DNA of 64,000 nt, taken from assembly GCA_963752285.1 (NCBI GenBank), contig CAVVXN010000005.1, positions 1,760,001 through 1,824,000 of the forward strand. The letters are read 5' to 3'. The translations under genes and the position numbers were made by a program. Below the pieces are notes generated by a model. The model was not told the DNA's origin. It worked only from the letters and a program-made list of their open reading frames with translations, and made no database searches. Positions 29,279 through 38,185 of the stretch are shown piece after piece. Every line of letters starts with the position of its first letter. The first letter of the stretch is position 1. This DNA is from an uncultured Planctomycetota bacterium. Lineage in GTDB: Bacteria; Planctomycetota; PLA2; JAEUHO01.

Positions 29279-29310
29279 AAAGAGGAAAACAGGAGTGTAT
29301 TTACCTCTTT
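29279..29310. promoter_or_regulatory. AT-rich inverted repeat upstream of had, candidate operator
   Basis: AAAGAGG-aaaacaggagtgtattta-CCTCTTT about 30 nt upstream of the first gene of the benzoyl-CoA operon. Confidence 0.6.
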
Positions 29311-29428
29311 CGGCCCGGCCGGCAAGGCCGTGCCGGGACGGAGCGGCGCGCCGGGGCGTGACAAGGGCCTTTCGGCCCAGAACAGGGACCGGGGAGGACG
29401 CGGGCGTCCGGGTCCGGTGCGGCGTCCC

Positions 29429-30742
29429 CTACGTCGGGGCGGGCGTGGCCCGGCGGACGATCTCCTGGATCTCGCTCGCGGCGAGCACCCGCTCCGACGA
29501 CTTCGCCGCGGCGAGCACCGCCTCGACCACCTCCGGAACGTCCGGGAGGCCGTGGACCTGGAGGTAGTGGTGCACGTTCGACGCCCCGGACATGTGTCCG
29601 ATCTCGATCTCCTGCCGGCGGCCGATCCAGGAGGCGGGCACGCCGGAGTAGACCCGGTCCGCGAGCCACGCGTCGCCCTTCCGCAGCGCCTTCACGACCG
29701 CCGCGGCGTGCACGCCGGTCGCGGTGCGGAACGCGTCCTTCCCAACGATCGGCGTGTTCACGGGAATCGGGACGCCCGTCGCCTCGGCGACGGTCTCGAC
29801 GTACTCCTGCAGGCACGAAAGGTCGTCGTCGCGCACGCCGAGCAGCCGCAGGTTGACCAGCAGCTGCTCCATCGGCGTGTTCCCGACTCGTTCGCCGACG
29901 CCCAGCGCGGTCCCGTGGACGCGCGTCGCGCCCGCCTCGAGGGCGGCGAGCGTGTTGGGGAGGCCGAGCCCGCGGTCGCGGTGGCCGTGCCAGTCGATGC
30001 CGACGCGGTCCTCGACGCCGAGTTCGTGCAAGAGCGAGGCGACCCACCCGACGAGGTTCATGACGCCCGCGGGCGTCGCGGCGCCCACGGTGTCGCAGAG
30101 GCAGAGCCGCTTCGCACCCGCGTCCACCGCCGCCGAGAGCAGCACCCGCAGGTGCTCCGGCGCGGAGCGGATCGTGTCCTCCGTCACGTACATGACGTCG
30201 AGGCCTTCCTTCACGGCGAAGAGCACGGCCTCCTTCGTCAGTCGCAGGATCCGGTCGAGGTCCCACTCCTCCGCGTACTGCCGGATGGGGCTGCTCCCGA
30301 TGAACAGACAGGCCTCGATCGGGACCCCCGTGCGGTTCGTCACGTCGGCCATGGGCTGGATGTCGGCGAGCAACGTACGGCCCGCGCAGTTGGCGCGGAT
30401 GCGGAGCCGATCGCGCGCGATCTCGCGGCACAAGGTCTCCGTGGCCTCGCGCTGGCGCGGTCCGGCGCCGGGCAGCCCGATGTTCGCCGTCTCGATGCCG
30501 AGGCGGTTCATCAGCTGGAGGATCCGGACCTTCACCTCGACCTCGGGGTCGCGGACCGACGGGCTCTGGAGGCCGTCCCGGAGCGTCTCGTCGTCGAGCA
30601 TCGCGACGGTGGGCGGATGGAACCGGTGCGGCCCCTCTGCCGCCCAGTCGTAGACGAGCGCGCCCTCCCCGAGGGGCGAAGGGGCGCCCTCGGAGCCCGC
30701 CGCAGGCTCCTTGCCGACGGAGGAGGGAGAGGGCCCGGCCAC
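29429..30742 (-). CDS. LeuA-family (DRE-TIM) acetyl-CoA condensing enzyme without the C-terminal regulatory domain
   Basis: DETLRDGLQ, LCDTVG, WHGHRDRGL, GVGERVGNT, TGVHAAA. Confidence 0.85.
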   Translation of the reverse strand: MAGPSPSSVGKEPAAGSEGAPSPLGEGALVYDWAAEGPHRFHPPTVAMLDDETLRDGLQSPSVRDPEVEVKVRILQLMNRLGIETANIGLPGAGPRQREATETLCREIARDRLRIRANCAGRTLLADIQPMADVTNRTGVPIEACLFIGSSPIRQYAEEWDLDRILRLTKEAVLFAVKEGLDVMYVTEDTIRSAPEHLRVLLSAAVDAGAKRLCLCDTVGAATPAGVMNLVGWVASLLHELGVEDRVGIDWHGHRDRGLGLPNTLAALEAGATRVHGTALGVGERVGNTPMEQLLVNLRLLGVRDDDLSCLQEYVETVAEATGVPIPVNTPIVGKDAFRTATGVHAAAVVKALRKGDAWLADRVYSGVPASWIGRRQEIEIGHMSGASNVHHYLQVHGLPDVPEVVEAVLAAAKSSERVLAASEIQEIVRRATPAPT

Positions 30743-30743
30743 C

Positions 30744-31448
30744 TCAGGAGACCTTCGCGTGGCCGAACTGCCGCGCCCGATCGAGCAGCGCCCGCGCCGC
30801 CTCCTCGTCGCCGGCTTCCCTCTCGATCGTCGCGAGGTGGTACAGACTGCTCGCCTCGCCGACGCCCTCGTCGATGCTCTGCTGGAACTCCCGCTTCGCG
30901 TCGGCGAGGCGCCCGAGGCGCTCGTGGATCACCCCGATGTGGTAACGCGCCATCAGGTACTCCGGCGTCAGCGTCGTGCACTGCTCGAAGTGACGGAGGG
31001 CCTCGTCGAGCTCCCCCGCGTGGAAGTGCGCGATCGCGAGCCGGTAGTGCGCCGCGTTGTAGTGCGGGTCGATCTCGAGGCAGTGCTCGAACGCGCGGAC
31101 CGCCGCGGGCATGTTCCCCCGGTGGTACCACGCCACGCCGAGGTCGTACGCGCAGAGCACGAACTGGGGCGCGCCGTCGAGCGCCGCCTGGTAGCGCTCG
31201 ATCGCGAGGTCGAGCGTGCCCTGGTGGAAGTACATCGTGCCCAGGAGGTGGTTGGCGAGGACGTTCTGGGGCTCCACGTCGAGCAGCCGCTCGAGCTCGC
31301 GCCGCGCGTCCTTGTGATTGCCGTCCCGCTCCGAGACCAGGGCGAGCAGCAGCCGTTGGTCCAGGTGCGCGTCGCGGAGGAACATCCCGCACTCCGCGCA
31401 GAACTTGTCGGACTCCTTGGACTCGCGACCACAGCGGGTGCACCTCAC
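30744..31448 (-). CDS. Zinc-ribbon plus TPR-repeat protein
   Basis: N-terminal CTRC...FCAECG followed by regular TPR repeats. Confidence 0.85.
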   Translation of the reverse strand: MRCTRCGRESKESDKFCAECGMFLRDAHLDQRLLLALVSERDGNHKDARRELERLLDVEPQNVLANHLLGTMYFHQGTLDLAIERYQAALDGAPQFVLCAYDLGVAWYHRGNMPAAVRAFEHCLEIDPHYNAAHYRLAIAHFHAGELDEALRHFEQCTTLTPEYLMARYHIGVIHERLGRLADAKREFQQSIDEGVGEASSLYHLATIEREAGDEEAARALLDRARQFGHAKVS

Positions 31449-31573
31449 TGGTCGTCTCCTCGATGAATCCGTCCCTTCGGGGCCCGCGCGCGACCCATTC
31501 GCACCGGGCGACCGAGCCGCCTCACTCTAGCGCGGGCGGGGCCGTCCGGACACCCCGGCGCCCGCGACGGGGG

Positions 31574-32296
31574 TCACGTCGGGCGGCGCTCGTCCCGCTG
31601 GAGCTCGTTCATCAGGTCGATCTGGATCTCCTGGATCTCCAGCAGCCGCTCCCACTGCCGCTGGACGAGGTAGTCGAGCTTCTCGCCGAGCTGCCGGATC
31701 TCGAGCTCCGCCTTCAGGTTCACGCGGTAGTCGTTCTGGGCGCGAAGGCGGTCGCGCGCCTCCTGGCGGTTCTGGCTCATCATGATGACGGGCGCCTGGA
31801 GCGCCGCGATGCACGAGAGGACCAGGTTCAGGAGGATGAAGGGGAACGGATCGAAGGGACGGGTGACCAGGAGGATGCCGTTCACCAGCATCCACACGAC
31901 CAGGAACCCGAGGAACACGAGGATGAACGGCCAGGACCCGCCGAGGTCCGCGACCCGGTCGGCGACCCGCTCCCCGAAGGAGAGTCCGCCCTGGAACTCC
32001 TTGTCCACGTCCTTCGCGAGCGTCTCGTACTGCGCCATGCTCTCGATCACCGACCGATCGATCGTGGAGATCTCACCGCGCTCCTCCGCCACGAGCGCCT
32101 CGATGTGGCGACGCCGGTAGCGGGCGAGGTCGTCGCGACAGACGTAGCCGGCCGCCGACCAGTCCGGATGCTCGCGCGCGATGTGCTCGGCGACGGAGGG
32201 CCGCACGAGGGCGGCGTACTCGAGGTCCCGCCTCGGGAGGGTGCGCCCGCAGACCTGACACCTGAGAGCGGGGCGGGGGCGATCGGCGTTCGGCAT
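31574..32296 (-). CDS. DUF1003-like membrane protein
   Basis: GERVADRVADLGGSW, FDPFPFILLNLVLS, QAPVIMMSQNRQ, DYRVNLKAELEI. Confidence 0.88.
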   Translation of the reverse strand: MPNADRPRPALRCQVCGRTLPRRDLEYAALVRPSVAEHIAREHPDWSAAGYVCRDDLARYRRRHIEALVAEERGEISTIDRSVIESMAQYETLAKDVDKEFQGGLSFGERVADRVADLGGSWPFILVFLGFLVVWMLVNGILLVTRPFDPFPFILLNLVLSCIAALQAPVIMMSQNRQEARDRLRAQNDYRVNLKAELEIRQLGEKLDYLVQRQWERLLEIQEIQIDLMNELQRDERRPT

Positions 32297-32341
32297 GGCG
32301 AGGCTCCGTCCGGGGCGCACCGAGCCGCGCCGGCGGGACCC

Positions 32342-33652
32342 TCAACCTACCCGCGCGCCGGTCGTCACCACCGCGGCCGAGACCTCGCCGTGGCGCCCGG
32401 AGGAGAGGACGAGCGCGGCCTTCCCGCGCGGCTCGAACGGAGCGAGCGCGACGCGCGCGCGTACGGAGAGCGGCTCCCGGCACCCGACGGTACCGGGGAC
32501 CGCGCCGCGACGGAGCGCAGCGAGCGCGACCACGACCTCGGCCAGCCCGTCGGCGAGCGCGAGGCGCCCGAGCGCGCCGCTCCACGACACGACGGGCGCC
32601 CCCGAGACGGCCGGCAGGGACGCGAGCGCCTCGAGCACGTCCCGGTCGGCGTCGGGAACGCCGAGGGACGGCGCCACGACGAACGCGAGGTCCTCCGGCC
32701 CGACACGTGCGGACGCCAGGGCCTCCGCGGCGGCGCGGCGCGCGGTTTCGCCCCGCGGCGCGGGAAGGTCGTCGCGGGGCGCGCCCGAGGCCTCGACCGC
32801 GGCGAGGAGGAGGTCCGCCCCCGTTCGGCCGTCCGGACGTCCGAGGCACAGGGCGGCCGCGGCCTCGCCTGGGGCGAGGCCCACGCCCCGCGCGTCGAAC
32901 GGACCGGGGAGCGGCGTGGGCCCCGCGCGCCGCAGACCGAGGAGCGCCTCGTCGTTTCGCGCGACGGCCGAGGCCGCCCGCCCCGCGCCGACGACGAGCG
33001 CGCGGTCCAGGTCGTCCCGGAGGAGCGCGCGCGCGGCGAGGTCCAGGAGCACGACGGAGGGCCCGGCGTAGCCCGAGACGCTCGTGTTCGGGCCGCGGAG
33101 GTCGAACAGGTTCGCGAGAAAGGAGAACGCGTTGTTCTTGAGGCTCTCGAGCAGGAAGAACGGCTTCACGTACCGCGCCGCGGCGCGGTTCAGCGCCTCC
33201 GCCTCGAGCGGCTTCGCGAAGCCCTCCGTCGCGAGGGCGAACGCGGGGCGCATCTCGACGCACGACCAGTCGAAGGCGTCCATCTGCGCGAGCCAGAGCC
33301 CTTGCCGGCCGCCGTCCGACGCGGCAGAGCTCCACCCCGCGCGGCCCCATGCCTCGAGCGCAGCCTCCACCGCGAGCGCGCCGGCGCCGTTCAGGAACTT
33401 GAGCTGCGCGTCGAGCTCGGGCGGGACGCCGCGACGGATGTAGGGCGGCTCGACCGGCGCGGCGAGCCCGCGCGCCGCGTCACCGGCGGCGTCCTCCGTC
33501 TCGCGCACGCCCGAGCGCCCCGCGAGCAGCGCGTCGAGGACCGGCGCCGTGCCGAAGCCGAGCGCGGTCACGAGCCCCGTGGCCACGACGGAGACCGCGT
33601 GGGGCCCGCGCTCGGAGCCCGCCGCACGGTCGGGAGAGGCCGCCGCCGTCAC
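32342..33652 (-). CDS. Ketosynthase-like protein lacking catalytic residues (chain-length-factor-like)
   Basis: KS fold motifs (ATGLVTALG, PFDARGVGLAPGEAAA) but GPNTSVSGYAGPS has no Cys and both His motifs are lost; GTG 33652. Confidence 0.8.
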   Translation of the reverse strand: MTAAASPDRAAGSERGPHAVSVVATGLVTALGFGTAPVLDALLAGRSGVRETEDAAGDAARGLAAPVEPPYIRRGVPPELDAQLKFLNGAGALAVEAALEAWGRAGWSSAASDGGRQGLWLAQMDAFDWSCVEMRPAFALATEGFAKPLEAEALNRAAARYVKPFFLLESLKNNAFSFLANLFDLRGPNTSVSGYAGPSVVLLDLAARALLRDDLDRALVVGAGRAASAVARNDEALLGLRRAGPTPLPGPFDARGVGLAPGEAAAALCLGRPDGRTGADLLLAAVEASGAPRDDLPAPRGETARRAAAEALASARVGPEDLAFVVAPSLGVPDADRDVLEALASLPAVSGAPVVSWSGALGRLALADGLAEVVVALAALRRGAVPGTVGCREPLSVRARVALAPFEPRGKAALVLSSGRHGEVSAAVVTTGARVG

Positions 33653-34128
33653 CGTCCCGATCCCTCTGGACGCTCCGAGGCGTCCGCCCCGCCGCCAAAG
33701 AGCGCGGAGAACGTCCGCCGCGCGGTGGCCTCGGCCTCGAGGTCCGCCAGGGGCACGACGAGTCCCTCGAACTCGACGACGGCGCCTCGCGTTCCCGCCA
33801 CCCGGCTCTCGCCGCGCCAGACGCGGCGGTCGCCCTCGGCGGCCGTCCGCTCGAGACGGAGCTCGATCCGGTCGCCGGGGCCCGCGAAGTCGTAGTAGCG
33901 CGCCGTCCGGACCCCGTCGAGCAGGAACCAGCGGCGGAACTCCGACGTCCGCGCCTCGTGCCATCCCGCGAGCTGCGCGAACGCCTCGAGGATCAGCATG
34001 CCCGGCACGATCGGGCGCTCCGGGAAGTGCCACTCGAAGTAGTCCTCGGAGAGCGCAGCGTTCTTGAAGCCGCTGATCCCGCCCTCCGGGTCGCACGAGG
34101 AGATGCGGTCGACGAGCAGGAACCTCAT
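33649..34128 (-). CDS. FabZ/FabA-type hydroxyacyl-ACP dehydratase
   Basis: MRFLLVDRI, WHFPERPIVPGMLILEA. Confidence 0.88.
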   Translation of the reverse strand: MRFLLVDRISSCDPEGGISGFKNAALSEDYFEWHFPERPIVPGMLILEAFAQLAGWHEARTSEFRRWFLLDGVRTARYYDFAGPGDRIELRLERTAAEGDRRVWRGESRVAGTRGAVVEFEGLVVPLADLEAEATARRTFSALFGGGADASERPEGSGR

Positions 34129-34565
34129 ACGTTCTCCTCCGGGCCCTCCGGCGGGTCCTCCGCGCCCGTGGCGAGCATGACGACGGACGCGATCGCGTGG
34201 GCGTCGGTGTGGCTGAGCGAGAGCGCGACGTCCACGACGCCCAGCCTGTCGGCGACCGCCCGCGGCTTCCCCCGGAGCGCCAGGCGCGGCGCGGTCCCCA
34301 CGCGGACGACCTCCAGGTCCTGGAGCGCGCGCACGACCCCGATCGCCGAGAGGCCGAGACCGAGGGCCTTGAGCCCGGCCTCCTTCGCCGCGAAGCGCGC
34401 GGCGAAGTGGATCGCCGGGTCGGCTTGGCTCCGACAGTACGCGCGCTCGGACTCCGTGAAGACGCGGTCCTCGAAGCCCGGGGTGCGGTCCAGGGCCCGA
34501 CGGAGACGCTCCACGTCGACCAGGTCGACGCCATGGCGCAGCGCGAGGCGGGGCGCGGCGCTCAT
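34125..34565 (-). CDS. acpS: Holo-ACP synthase (phosphopantetheinyl transferase)
   Basis: GVDLV, RVFTESE, FAARFAAKEA, LSLSH; ATG 34565. Confidence 0.9.
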   Translation of the reverse strand: MSAAPRLALRHGVDLVDVERLRRALDRTPGFEDRVFTESERAYCRSQADPAIHFAARFAAKEAGLKALGLGLSAIGVVRALQDLEVVRVGTAPRLALRGKPRAVADRLGVVDVALSLSHTDAHAIASVVMLATGAEDPPEGPEENV

Positions 34566-35317
34566 GCGATCGAAAGCCCCCCGTCCACCACGAACGTCTG
34601 CCCCGTCACGTAGTCGGCGTCCTTCGAGCAGAGGAAGAGGACGACGCCCGCCACGTCCTCGGGGCGACCGAAACGACCGAGCGGCACGTGCCGGAGGATC
34701 TCGGGGCCGGCGCGGCGCCGGATGATCGCCGTCATGTCGGTCTCCACGAACCCCGGGAGCACCGCGTTCACTCGAATCCCGTGCGCGGCGACCTCCAGCG
34801 CGGTGGCCCGGGTGAGCGCGAGCACGCCCGCCTTCGCCGCGGCGTAGCCGGCCTGGCCCCGGCCCCCGCGCAGGGCCTGGATCGAGGCGAGGTTCACGAT
34901 CGACCCGGTGCGCGCGGGGAGCATCGTGCGGAGCGCGCGGCGCGTGCACGCGAACGCGCCGCCGAGGTTCACGTCCAGGGCGCGGCGCCAGTCGACGTCG
35001 CGCGTCGCCGCGAGCGGCGCGTCGCGGTTCCAGCCGGCGTTGTTGACGAGTATGTCGAGGCGCCCGCGGACCTCGACGACCGCGTCTACGAGCGCCTCGG
35101 CCGCCGCGACGTCGCCGACGTCCGCCGCGCGGACGTCGGCCTGGCCGCCGTCCTGCTCGATCGACAGCGCGACGGCGCGCGCCGCGGGCTCGTCCGAACG
35201 GTACGCCACCGTCACGTGCGCGCCGGCTCGCGCGAGACGCTTCGCGATCGCGGCGCCGATCCCGCGCGAGGCGCCGGTGACGAGCGCGACCCGTCCCTCG
35301 AGCTCCGGGTCGTTCAC
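34562..35317 (-). CDS. 3-oxoacyl-ACP reductase (FabG-like)
   Basis: TGASRGIG, LVNNAG, YAAAK, VTGQTFVVDGG; GTG 35317. Confidence 0.88.
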   Translation of the reverse strand: MNDPELEGRVALVTGASRGIGAAIAKRLARAGAHVTVAYRSDEPAARAVALSIEQDGGQADVRAADVGDVAAAEALVDAVVEVRGRLDILVNNAGWNRDAPLAATRDVDWRRALDVNLGGAFACTRRALRTMLPARTGSIVNLASIQALRGGRGQAGYAAAKAGVLALTRATALEVAAHGIRVNAVLPGFVETDMTAIIRRRAGPEILRHVPLGRFGRPEDVAGVVLFLCSKDADYVTGQTFVVDGGLSIA

Positions 35318-36588
35318 GAGCCCTCCTCGAAGCGCCGGAGCACGACGCACGCGTTCTGGCCGCCGAACGCGAAGGAGTTCGTGAGCGCGATCCGCATCGG
35401 ACGAGGGCGCCCGCGGCCCGTCACGAAGTCGAGGTCGAGGCCGCGATCGGGCTCGGCGAGGTTCGCGGTGGGCGGCGCGACCCCCTCGGCCACCGCGCGG
35501 ACGGAGCAGGCGAACGCGACCCCCGCGGCGCCGGCGAGCAGGTGACCGAGCGCGCCCTTGCCCGAGGTGACCGCGGCCTCGCCCGCGTGCGCGCCGAGCA
35601 CGGAGCGGATCGCGAGGACCTCGGCCGGGTCGTTCCGCTTCGTGGCGGTGCCGTGCGCGTTCACCAGGTCCACCTCGTCGGGCGCGGCCCCGGCGTCCTC
35701 GAGCGCCGCGGCCATCGCCTCGGCGGCGCCGCGGCCATCGGGGCACGGCGCCGTGATCCGGTACGCATCCATCGAAGCACCGTACCCGGCCACCTCGGCC
35801 CAGATCCTCGCTCCGCGCCCCCGCGCATGCTCGAGCGACTCGAGGACGGCCACGCCGGCGCCCTCCCCCATCACGAGCCCCGCGCGGCGCCGGTCGAAGG
35901 GCCGGCACGCGGCGGCGGGGTCGGCCCCGCCCGGCGCGGCGGCGCCGAGGAGCACGAAGAACACGAGGCCGAGCGGGTTGTTCTGCGAGTCCGTACCCCC
36001 GGCGAGCACGAGGTCGGCCTCGCCGCGGCGGATCCAGCGGAGCGCGAGCCCGATCGCCTGGTTCGACGCCGAGCACGCGCTCGTCACCGCGTGGACCGGC
36101 CCCCCGAGGCCGAGTCGGGAGGCCAGTCGCGCGGCGGGTCGCTCGGCGCCTGCCGCGAGGATCGAGCCGCGGTGGACCCGAGGGAGGTCGTTGGCGAGGG
36201 CCGACGCGAGCAGCCGTCCATCGCCGTCGAGCCAGCGGTCCACGTCTTCGGGCCGGTGCGTGCCGGGGCCGACCCCGAGCGCGACGCCGCCGCGCGGACG
36301 GTCGCCCGTGGCAAGGCCCGCGTCCTCGAACGCGCGTACGCCGGCCGCGAGGGCGAAGAGCGTCCGCAGGTCGGCCGCGTCCGCGGCCTCGGGGAACGCG
36401 CGCTCGAGCGCGGCCCGCTCGTCGGCCGGGACCTCCCCGAGCGCGGTGGTCGGCGGGTGCGCGGCGCCGTAGCGTCGGGGCGCGTCGATCCCGACCTCGC
36501 CCCGCAGCAGCCGGCCCCACACGGCGTTCACGTCCGATCCCAGCGGCGTGACGAGGCCGAGCCCGGTGACGACGACGCGCGGTCTCAC
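35314..36588 (-). CDS. Beta-ketoacyl-ACP synthase (FabF-like, catalytic Cys-His-His intact)
   Basis: VVVTGLG, TSACSAS, VNAHGTAT, KGALGHL, NSFAFGGQN; GTG 36588. Confidence 0.9.
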   Translation of the reverse strand: MRPRVVVTGLGLVTPLGSDVNAVWGRLLRGEVGIDAPRRYGAAHPPTTALGEVPADERAALERAFPEAADAADLRTLFALAAGVRAFEDAGLATGDRPRGGVALGVGPGTHRPEDVDRWLDGDGRLLASALANDLPRVHRGSILAAGAERPAARLASRLGLGGPVHAVTSACSASNQAIGLALRWIRRGEADLVLAGGTDSQNNPLGLVFFVLLGAAAPGGADPAAACRPFDRRRAGLVMGEGAGVAVLESLEHARGRGARIWAEVAGYGASMDAYRITAPCPDGRGAAEAMAAALEDAGAAPDEVDLVNAHGTATKRNDPAEVLAIRSVLGAHAGEAAVTSGKGALGHLLAGAAGVAFACSVRAVAEGVAPPTANLAEPDRGLDLDFVTGRGRPRPMRIALTNSFAFGGQNACVVLRRFEEGS

Positions 36589-37022
36589 GGCAGTCCCTTC
36601 GCCGCGGCGAGACGGCACCGCAGCGCCTCGGGATCGGGCGCGGGGACGTGCGCGAAGAGAACGCGTCCGATCGAGGCGATCCGCTCATCGCCGACCAGGG
36701 CCCACGCGGCGCCGACGGAGCCCTTCGGGTTCGTGCCGCGAAGCTCGCCGAAGAGGTCGAGGCGGGTTCCGGGGGGCAGGTCCGGCGGGACCCGGACGTC
36801 CTCCAGGACGGAGAGCACGGCGAGGAATCGGTACTCGTGGCGGACGACGGCGCAGAGGCCCGTCAACTGAAGGAGAGACTCGATCACGAGGGTGGACGGG
36901 AACAGGGGTCGTCTCGCGAAGTGCCCGCGGAGCGCCTCGTCCGCGAGCGAAACGTTCTTCACGCCTTCGATGCGGCGGCCGGGCTCGATCTTCGTCACGG
37001 CGTCGACGAGGAGGAACCTCAC
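36585..37022 (-). CDS. FabZ-like dehydratase (divergent)
   Basis: RFLLVDAV, GVKNVS, GHFARRPLFPSTLVIES; GTG 37022. Confidence 0.8.
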   Translation of the reverse strand: MRFLLVDAVTKIEPGRRIEGVKNVSLADEALRGHFARRPLFPSTLVIESLLQLTGLCAVVRHEYRFLAVLSVLEDVRVPPDLPPGTRLDLFGELRGTNPKGSVGAAWALVGDERIASIGRVLFAHVPAPDPEALRCRLAAAKGLP

Positions 37023-38185
37023 CGCGCGCCCTCCAGCACGAGGGCCCCCGCCGCCCCCTCGCTCGAGAGCGCGAGCACGATCGCACGCCCGGGCCGGACA
37101 CGCGCGGCCGTCGGGTCGCCGGGCGCCGGTCCGGCGTCGAGGCGCGCGCCGGCCAGGAAGCGTGCGGCGAGGGCGGTCGCGAGCACGGGCGACGCCGGTC
37201 CGAGGTGCCCGGTGCGCGACGCGAACGCGAACGTCGTCGCGTCCTCCCCGAGCGTGGCGGCGACGGCCTGGCGCTCGTCCTCGGCCTCCCGGGCGCCGCC
37301 ACCCCCGTCGAGGAGGACCGTCCACGGCCCGACGGCGCGGGTCTGTGTGCCCGCGTCGTGGCACGCCGCGTCGATCGCACGCTCGATCGTGTGCCGGGAG
37401 GGGCCGGAGCGCCCGTCCGCGGGTCCGAACGTGGTCGCACCTCCGAGGAGCCGCAGCAGGGGCGCCTCGGCGTCCGCCTCGCGACGGAGGCGACACGCCG
37501 CGGCCCCCTCCCCCGGCGCGGCGCCGTCGCCGAGGGCGATCGAGATCCCGCGGAGACGACGGCGGGCGAGCGAGGCCGGCGAGACCCGCTCGGAGGCGGC
37601 CGCCACGAGCGCCGTGTCCGTCGCGCCCTCGAGGAGGGCACCCCGCGCCTCGAGGAGCGCGCGGACGCCCGCGTCGGCCTGCGACGCGAGTACCACGTTG
37701 TCGCCGCGTAGGTCGAGGTCGATGGCGAGCTGACCCACGGCGACGTTGCCGAGCATCGAGAGCGGCCACAGGGGGTGGATCGCGCGGTACCCGCCCCCGA
37801 AGAACCGGGCGAGGTCGAAGCGCGCCGCGCCGTCGCGCGAGGCGAGGATGGACGGTGCGAGGTCCTCGACGGGGGAGTCCACCATCCCGAGCGCAACGTA
37901 GAGGCCGAGCCGGTCCCGAGCGACCGCGCGTGGAGCGAGGGACGAGAGCACGCTCTCGAGCCACTGCCCGTGGGGCCCCAGGATCCGGAGGGTCGGGTCG
38001 TCCTCGGGCCCCGCGGCGTCGTCCGGCAGCTCGGCGGCGTCGGCGGCGCCGAACGCGGACGCGTCGAAGCCTCGGACCGGCGAGACGGCCGTCTCGCCCG
38101 ACGCGAGCGCCGCGCACGTCGCGTCGAGGTCCGCGCCCAGCGCGGTCCGCGCGGCGACGGCCTCGATCGCGATGGCGACGCTCAT
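37019..38185 (-). CDS. Ketosynthase-like protein lacking the catalytic Cys (chain-length-factor-like)
   Basis: HPLWPLSMLGNV, GDNVVLASQADAG where active KS has SACAAG; no HGT motif; ATG 38185. Confidence 0.8.
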   Translation of the reverse strand: MSVAIAIEAVAARTALGADLDATCAALASGETAVSPVRGFDASAFGAADAAELPDDAAGPEDDPTLRILGPHGQWLESVLSSLAPRAVARDRLGLYVALGMVDSPVEDLAPSILASRDGAARFDLARFFGGGYRAIHPLWPLSMLGNVAVGQLAIDLDLRGDNVVLASQADAGVRALLEARGALLEGATDTALVAAASERVSPASLARRRLRGISIALGDGAAPGEGAAACRLRREADAEAPLLRLLGGATTFGPADGRSGPSRHTIERAIDAACHDAGTQTRAVGPWTVLLDGGGGAREAEDERQAVAATLGEDATTFAFASRTGHLGPASPVLATALAARFLAGARLDAGPAPGDPTAARVRPGRAIVLALSSEGAAGALVLEGAR

